Source: Polyangiales bacterium (GTDB lineage Bacteria > Myxococcota_A > Polyangia > Polyangiales > Polyangiaceae). From it: a DNA stretch of 64,000 bases. The notes under the pieces were generated by a model. The model was given only the letters and a program-made list of their open reading frames with translations, searched no databases and was not told the origin of the DNA. Of the stretch, positions 59,050 through 64,000 are shown one piece after another (the stretch's first letter is position 1; the number at the start of each line of letters is the position of its first letter). A program made the translations under genes and the position numbers. Location of the stretch: assembly GCA_038230375.1 (NCBI GenBank), contig JBBRNJ010000007.1:32001-96000 (forward strand), read 5' to 3'.

Positions 59050-59949
59050 TCAGAACTCGCCCCGCAGCACGAAGCCGCGATTCCGCGGGTCGAACGACGG
59101 CGCGAGCTCGAGCTTTCCCGTGGTGGTGGTGGCGCCGGCGTCCTTGGGCTTCGCCAGGAAGAAGATCACCGCGGCCCCCGCGACGAGCGCGCCGCCGGCG
59201 ATGAAGGAGACCGTGGAGATCGTCGCGTCGCGCTTGGCGCTGTCGTACTCGGTCTGCGCACGTCCTGGATTCGGGCAAGAGGACGCGCGGGGGCAGTCGG
59301 TCTTCTCGCTCGATTGGTCGGCCATGGCGAGCAGTCCAAACGTGGCGCCCAGGCCCACGCCCACCACGCCGACACCCGCGATGATCGCGCCCGCGTACTT
59401 TTGTGTGCTCCAGGCAGTGGAGGGCACGGGCGTTGGCGGCGGCTTGTCCACCGGCGGCGGCGGCGGCGCGGGGCCTACGCGAACCGACTCCTGCCGGTTC
59501 TTCTCGCCCTCGTGGATGACGAGCGTGCGCTCCACGGGGGTCTGCCCCTGCGCAGTGAAAACGAACGTGTGAGAGCCAGGGTCCAGCGCAATGGGCCTTC
59601 CGTCCAGCGATGGGAGCAGCGGCGCGCCGTCCATGGTGACGGTGACGTCGGTCACGTCCTCGCCCATGCCGTTCTTCGCGCCGAACACCAGGGAGGGCAT
59701 GGCCTCGTTGACCTTGGCGATCCGCTTCACGCAGGCGTCCCTCACGTCGGACGGGCACGCAGGATCCGTGCATTCTGCAAGTATTTTCAGGGCGTCCCGG
59801 AGCTTGCCGTCGCGTCGCAGCGCGATCGACTGCTCGTTCGCATCGATGCACGTCGCGTCGTCTGCGCGCGCGATGCCGGGCGCTGCAAGCATGGGCAAGA
59901 GGACGGCCTGCATGGCGAGAATCGCCACGGCCATGCGCAGCGCAGTCAT
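59050..59949 (-). CDS. Helical + PEGA-like envelope protein (cassette 3)
   Basis: Signal ending IARA-D; Cys-rich helical N-domain; PIALDPGSHTF; Gly-rich helices; C-terminus GFVLRGEF. Confidence 0.82.
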   Translation of the reverse strand: MTALRMAVAILAMQAVLLPMLAAPGIARADDATCIDANEQSIALRRDGKLRDALKILAECTDPACPSDVRDACVKRIAKVNEAMPSLVFGAKNGMGEDVTDVTVTMDGAPLLPSLDGRPIALDPGSHTFVFTAQGQTPVERTLVIHEGEKNRQESVRVGPAPPPPPVDKPPPTPVPSTAWSTQKYAGAIIAGVGVVGVGLGATFGLLAMADQSSEKTDCPRASSCPNPGRAQTEYDSAKRDATISTVSFIAGGALVAGAAVIFFLAKPKDAGATTTTGKLELAPSFDPRNRGFVLRGEF

Positions 59950-61367
59950 GGGCACTCCAGCTTGAAGTGCTCTTCGCCGCGGTCGTCGTAGAAGCTCACA
60001 CGCCTGCATTTCGGCGCGGAGCCGGCCGGGGCCACCGAGCTGGCGGGTGCTGCCTGGTGCGGGCGACCTGTACGTGCGGTGAGGGCCTGGCCGGGCGCGA
60101 TCCCGGCGTCCGCCGCCGCCTGCGGAGGATCGATGACCGCCGCGCTCGGGGTCGCGCTTGCGCTCGGTGTCGCGTTCGCGCTCGGTGTCGCGCTCCCAAG
60201 ACTGGGCGCGTCCAGTGTCGAGCGTGCTGACACGGACCCCAGCGCTCCCGCGTTTGCGTGGCGAGCCTTCCACGCGAGCACGCCGCCGCCGCTCACGAGC
60301 CCGAGGACCACGACGGCTGCAAGCGCGAACAGCGGGGCGTTCGAGCGCATGGGAACAGCGCCGCCGCTCGTGGGAGAGAACGTCCCAGGGCCGTGGCTCT
60401 TCACGGAGCCCATGGCGGGCGGCACCGAATAGACCGTGGCGGCAGTGTCGCGCAACACGCCAAGGATGTGTTCCACCGACCGCGCCGCGTACGGCGGGCC
60501 GAACGGCGCAAGCGCGGTGGCCAGCTGTCCCACGTTCACGAAGCGATCCGTGCGCTCTTTTGCGAGACAGCGGTCCACGACCTCGGACAGGCCCGGCGGG
60601 ATGTCCAGGCGTAGGCTGCGCGCGGGCACGTGTGGCTTCGCGAGGACCACTGCCACGAGCTCCGGCATTGTCTCCGCTTCGAAGGGACGCCGCCCGGTGA
60701 GCATCTCGTAGAGGACCACGCCCATGGCCCAGATGTCCGTCGTGAGGTCGACCGTGTCGGACGACATCATCTGCTCCGGCGACATGTAGCCCGGAGATCC
60801 GATGAGCGCGCCGCTCCCCGTGAGCGCGGGCCGCGTCGCGGTGGTCTCGATCTTCGAGATGCCGAAATCGAGCACCTTCACGATCGCCCGACCGCTGGGG
60901 CGCCGGGCGAGGAAGAGGTTCCCGGGCTTCAGATCGCGGTGCACGATGCCGAGCAGGTGCGCCTCCGCCATGGCCTCCAGGGCCTGCAGCGTGAAGCCGA
61001 CCGCGTCTTCGACTGGCAACGCGCCGCGCGCCTTGAGCACGGCCGCCAGGTCCTCGCCCTCGAGGTACTCCATCAGCATGTACGGCGCGCCGTTCGGCAG
61101 CACGCCCACGTCCATCACGCGCGCCACGTGCTCCGAATGGATCTTCACCGCGGCCTGCGCCTCGCGCGTGAAGCGCTCCACCAGGGCGGGCTCCTTGGCC
61201 ACGCTGGGCAAGAGGAACTTCATCGCGAAGCGCTGCTGCAGCGCCAGGTGCGTCACCGCGACAACGATGCCCATGCCGCCCTCACCAAGGACCCGGTCGA
61301 CGCGATACTTGTCGGCGATGACCTCGCCCTCGCGAACGGGGGAGGTGGTGATGGCGTCGAGAGTCAC
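59946..61367 (-). CDS. Ser/Thr protein kinase, single TM (cassette 3)
   Basis: GEGGMG, FAMK, HRDLKPGN, DFG, YMSPE; tail ending KCRRVSFYDDRGEEHFKLECP. Confidence 0.95.
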   Translation of the reverse strand: MTLDAITTSPVREGEVIADKYRVDRVLGEGGMGIVVAVTHLALQQRFAMKFLLPSVAKEPALVERFTREAQAAVKIHSEHVARVMDVGVLPNGAPYMLMEYLEGEDLAAVLKARGALPVEDAVGFTLQALEAMAEAHLLGIVHRDLKPGNLFLARRPSGRAIVKVLDFGISKIETTATRPALTGSGALIGSPGYMSPEQMMSSDTVDLTTDIWAMGVVLYEMLTGRRPFEAETMPELVAVVLAKPHVPARSLRLDIPPGLSEVVDRCLAKERTDRFVNVGQLATALAPFGPPYAARSVEHILGVLRDTAATVYSVPPAMGSVKSHGPGTFSPTSGGAVPMRSNAPLFALAAVVVLGLVSGGGVLAWKARHANAGALGSVSARSTLDAPSLGSATPSANATPSASATPSAAVIDPPQAAADAGIAPGQALTARTGRPHQAAPASSVAPAGSAPKCRRVSFYDDRGEEHFKLECP

Positions 61368-61388
61368 GAGAAAATCCTGCTCGGAAGG

Positions 61389-62105
61389 CTACACCAACTC
61401 GGGGTCTTCTGGACCGCGAAGGCGCCGATCCATCGCATAAAGAGCGACAAACACGGGGATGAAGACGATCGCCGTCCATTGATAGAACGACATTCCGAGC
61501 AGCACGGCGGGCTCCGGACGGATCGCCTCCGTCACGAAGCGATAGACGAAGTAGGCAATGATGTAGAGCTTCACGCGCTGTCGCGGAAAGAGACGGCGCT
61601 TGCCGGCCCAGAAAAAAAAGAGCGCGCAGCTCGTGTGGAACGCGGCCTCGTAGAGCTGCGTGGGGTGCCGGTGCACGCCATCTCCGAAGTCCACGCCCCA
61701 TGGCAGCCGTGTCTCCGTGCCGAAGCAACACCCACCTACAAAGCAACCAAGGCGACCCACCGCGACCGCCGCAGCGACGGGCACCACGAACCCATCGCCG
61801 GTCTTCACGGTGATCCCCATCGCGCGCTTGGCGGCCTCCACGCCGAAGTAGCCGCCGACCAGACCAAGCGTGAGCGTGCGACCGCCTTCCAGCCATGCGG
61901 CGCCGCTGACGAACGCGGCCGGGTCCATGAAGAAGAAGGGGAGCTTCGCAGCGAACGTGCCGCCGACGATCGCGCCGACGCTGATGGCGACCCGCTGCGC
62001 GCGCGTGAGTACGGCCTTGTTCTGCGAGCGCTTCGCGAGCCACGAGCCCACGAGGAGCGAGCACCCCATGATCGCGACATACAGGACGCGATGCGACGTC
62101 GTCAC
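61389..62105 (-). CDS. Divergent prolipoprotein diacylglyceryl transferase (Lgt) family protein
   Basis: GRLGCFVGGCCFG, PWGVDF, RHPTQLYE, YRFVTEAIR; GTG start 62105. Confidence 0.85.
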   Translation of the reverse strand: MTTSHRVLYVAIMGCSLLVGSWLAKRSQNKAVLTRAQRVAISVGAIVGGTFAAKLPFFFMDPAAFVSGAAWLEGGRTLTLGLVGGYFGVEAAKRAMGITVKTGDGFVVPVAAAVAVGRLGCFVGGCCFGTETRLPWGVDFGDGVHRHPTQLYEAAFHTSCALFFFWAGKRRLFPRQRVKLYIIAYFVYRFVTEAIRPEPAVLLGMSFYQWTAIVFIPVFVALYAMDRRLRGPEDPELV

Positions 62106-62112
62106 GCGTTGC

Positions 62113-63624
62113 TCACGTCTTCTTGCGGAGCTGGAAGAGCGGCACGTCGGCGCGCGGCGGAGTCTTGCGCGGTGAGTCCAGAGCGCCTTGCGCAAGCTCG
62201 GGCAGCGTTGCGTGACCAGGGCGATAGAGGACGTTGTACGCGCAGAACGGCACCACGTGGCCGCTGGGCAGCACGTGATGGATGCAGCATTTCATGACCC
62301 TGCGCACGTCGAAGTTGTACGCGTCCAGGAACGACGTGATGGTGATACGGAAGACGTCGCGCGGTGCCAGATCCTTCGCGAGAGCGCGCTCGAAGAACTC
62401 CGCGGCGAGCGTGTGGCCGCCGCGAACGAGCTGCGCAAGGTAGCTCTCCACGCTGTCGCATCCGGCGTCCGCGCACGCGGGACCCGCAAGGTAGGCCGTG
62501 ACCAGCTCCTTCGCCTTGGCGCGCGTGAAGCTGATGCCGTTCGCCAGCAGCTCCTTGTTCTTCTCCGCGTCGATGAAGCGCATGAGCGGCACCAGCGTGT
62601 CGCCCTTGCGGAACGCATACGTGAGCGTGTGGCAGTTCGGATGCGCACACGGAAGCGGGATGAAGTCCTTCGCAATGAAGAGCCCGTCCGTCTGCTCCTC
62701 GATCATGCGCACGACGTCGGGATAGGTGATGCGCTTCTCCAGGCTCTCGGGCTGCGCAGTGCGCCCCGAGTAGGTGGCGGGCTGGAAGCTGACACCGGTG
62801 ACCCATGGACGCGCCGCGCCGTAGCGGACGATCGCGCCGATCTCGTGCTCGTTCACGCCAGCCTGCAACGTGCAAGTGAGGATGACGCGCACGCCCGCCG
62901 CGCCCAGGCGCTCCACGACGCGGTGCTTGTGTTCCGCGGTCTCCACGCCGCGCAGCTCCCGCTGGGTGCGTTCGTCGAAGCCGTCGAACTGGAGGTAGAC
63001 CTCCACGCGCTTCTCCCATTTCGCCAGCAGCGCAACGAGCTCGTCGTTCTGCGCGAGCTTGAGCCCGTTCGTGTTGATCATCACGAGCTCGATGTTCTTG
63101 GAACACGCGTACTCGAGGATCCGGGGAAATTCAGGGTGGATCAGCGGCTCGCCGCCGGAGAGCTGCAGCACCTCCGGCGTGCCTTCGACCTCCACGAGGC
63201 GATCGATCATCTTCGCGACCGTCTCGAACGGCAGGTGCTCACCGCCCGGGCCGCTCTCCGCGTAGCAGACGGGGCAGGAGAGGTTGCAAGAGGAGGTCAC
63301 CTCTACAAGGCCGACGCAGGTGTGCTGCTCGTGCTCCTCACACAGGCCGCAGTCGAGCGGGCAGCCGTCCTTCGCGTGTGTGCCGAACACCTCCGGGATC
63401 TTCCCCGGCACGCTGTACATGTGGTTGTCGTAGGCGCTCGCGTCGGAGCACACGAAGTCCGTGCGCGGGCCGTGCGTGGGGCAGTGCTTCTCGAAGTAGA
63501 TGCGTCCGTCCTTGTCGACGATCTTGGCGCGGACGATCGCCTCCTTCGCCGTGCGCCCTTCTTCCAGGCACGTGGGGCAGAGGCTGTCGGTGATTCCGAG
63601 GAAGGTGCGGTCGCGGAGCTCCAT
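62113..63624 (-). CDS. Radical SAM protein, MJ0619/Tes (GDGT-MAS)-like family
   Basis: CPTC...CPTH, CPLDCGLCEEH, CNLSCPVC, SGGEP, NTNG, YLQFDG, PCAHPNC, CCIH...PFCAYN. Confidence 0.85.
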   Translation of the reverse strand: MELRDRTFLGITDSLCPTCLEEGRTAKEAIVRAKIVDKDGRIYFEKHCPTHGPRTDFVCSDASAYDNHMYSVPGKIPEVFGTHAKDGCPLDCGLCEEHEQHTCVGLVEVTSSCNLSCPVCYAESGPGGEHLPFETVAKMIDRLVEVEGTPEVLQLSGGEPLIHPEFPRILEYACSKNIELVMINTNGLKLAQNDELVALLAKWEKRVEVYLQFDGFDERTQRELRGVETAEHKHRVVERLGAAGVRVILTCTLQAGVNEHEIGAIVRYGAARPWVTGVSFQPATYSGRTAQPESLEKRITYPDVVRMIEEQTDGLFIAKDFIPLPCAHPNCHTLTYAFRKGDTLVPLMRFIDAEKNKELLANGISFTRAKAKELVTAYLAGPACADAGCDSVESYLAQLVRGGHTLAAEFFERALAKDLAPRDVFRITITSFLDAYNFDVRRVMKCCIHHVLPSGHVVPFCAYNVLYRPGHATLPELAQGALDSPRKTPPRADVPLFQLRKKT

Positions 63625-63627
63625 CGC

Positions 63628-63993
63628 TCAGATCTGGCCCCGCCCGCAGATGATCCAGAAGATGGTCGCGAAGCTCACGAACATGAAGAGCAGCGCACCG
63701 AGGATGGTGACGATGATGCTGCCAGTGTTCGCCATGCCGCGGCGAAAAGAGGTCTCGTCTTCGAGGTAGGTCCGCGTGATGCGGATCAGATACACCATGA
63801 GAGGCGCGACGAGCACGCCGAACGCAATGCCCACGCCGGGCGCGAGCCACAGCAGCTCCAGGAACACGATGGTCAGCGCGAACGAGCTCGTCACCGCGAG
63901 CTTGAAGCGTCCGCGACGAGCGCTGCGCGTGAGGTCGACATGCGCGCCCTCGGCCACACCGCGAGCCGCCGTATGTGGAGGGAGCTCGTTCAC
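63628..63993 (-). CDS. Small multi-TM membrane protein with near-terminal Cys
   Basis: Hydrophobic segments, ends FATIFWIICGRGQI; stop 3 nt before the radical SAM start. Confidence 0.65.
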   Translation of the reverse strand: MNELPPHTAARGVAEGAHVDLTRSARRGRFKLAVTSSFALTIVFLELLWLAPGVGIAFGVLVAPLMVYLIRITRTYLEDETSFRRGMANTGSIIVTILGALLFMFVSFATIFWIICGRGQI

Positions 63994-64000
63994 GGCGCCG

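Noticed and set aside
61612..61619. A8 homopolymer in the Lgt-like gene as a phase-variation site
   Set aside because: In frame, encoding Phe residues in a TM helix; no disruption.

Overview
High-GC window that is almost fully coding. The gene content (six Hanks-type Ser/Thr kinases, MYXO-CTERM proteins, a TIGR04551-like barrel, PEGA/TPR proteins, FHA-GGDEF) points to a myxobacterium, probably Polyangiales; this is inferred from gene content only. Housekeeping genes (acnA, tal, GMC oxidoreductase pair, CDF transporter, YafJ-like amidotransferase, glutathione peroxidase) are interspersed with four notable loci or patterns. (1) Three copies of a kinase - TPR/PEGA envelope protein - variable lipoprotein cassette, in which kinase tails co-vary with the partner N-terminal domain. 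(2) A ~12 kb polyhydroxyalkanoate island (phaC, mini PhaE-like gene, acyl-CoA synthetase, phaR, phasin, SDR) whose phaC operon also encodes an outer-membrane barrel, three lipoproteins and a surface-anchored PHB depolymerase. (3) A Tes/GDGT-MAS-like radical SAM gene between a divergent Lgt paralogue and a small membrane protein with a C-terminal Cys. (4) Nine genes with a TANNNT -10 box 6-8 nt before the start codon, suggesting widespread leaderless mRNAs. Also present: a degenerate Doc-like two-gene module with a palindromic operator, a rod-like intergenic RNA structure, and several repeats. No rRNA, tRNA, CRISPR array, transposase or integrase was seen. All family assignments come from motif recognition by eye; no searches were run.
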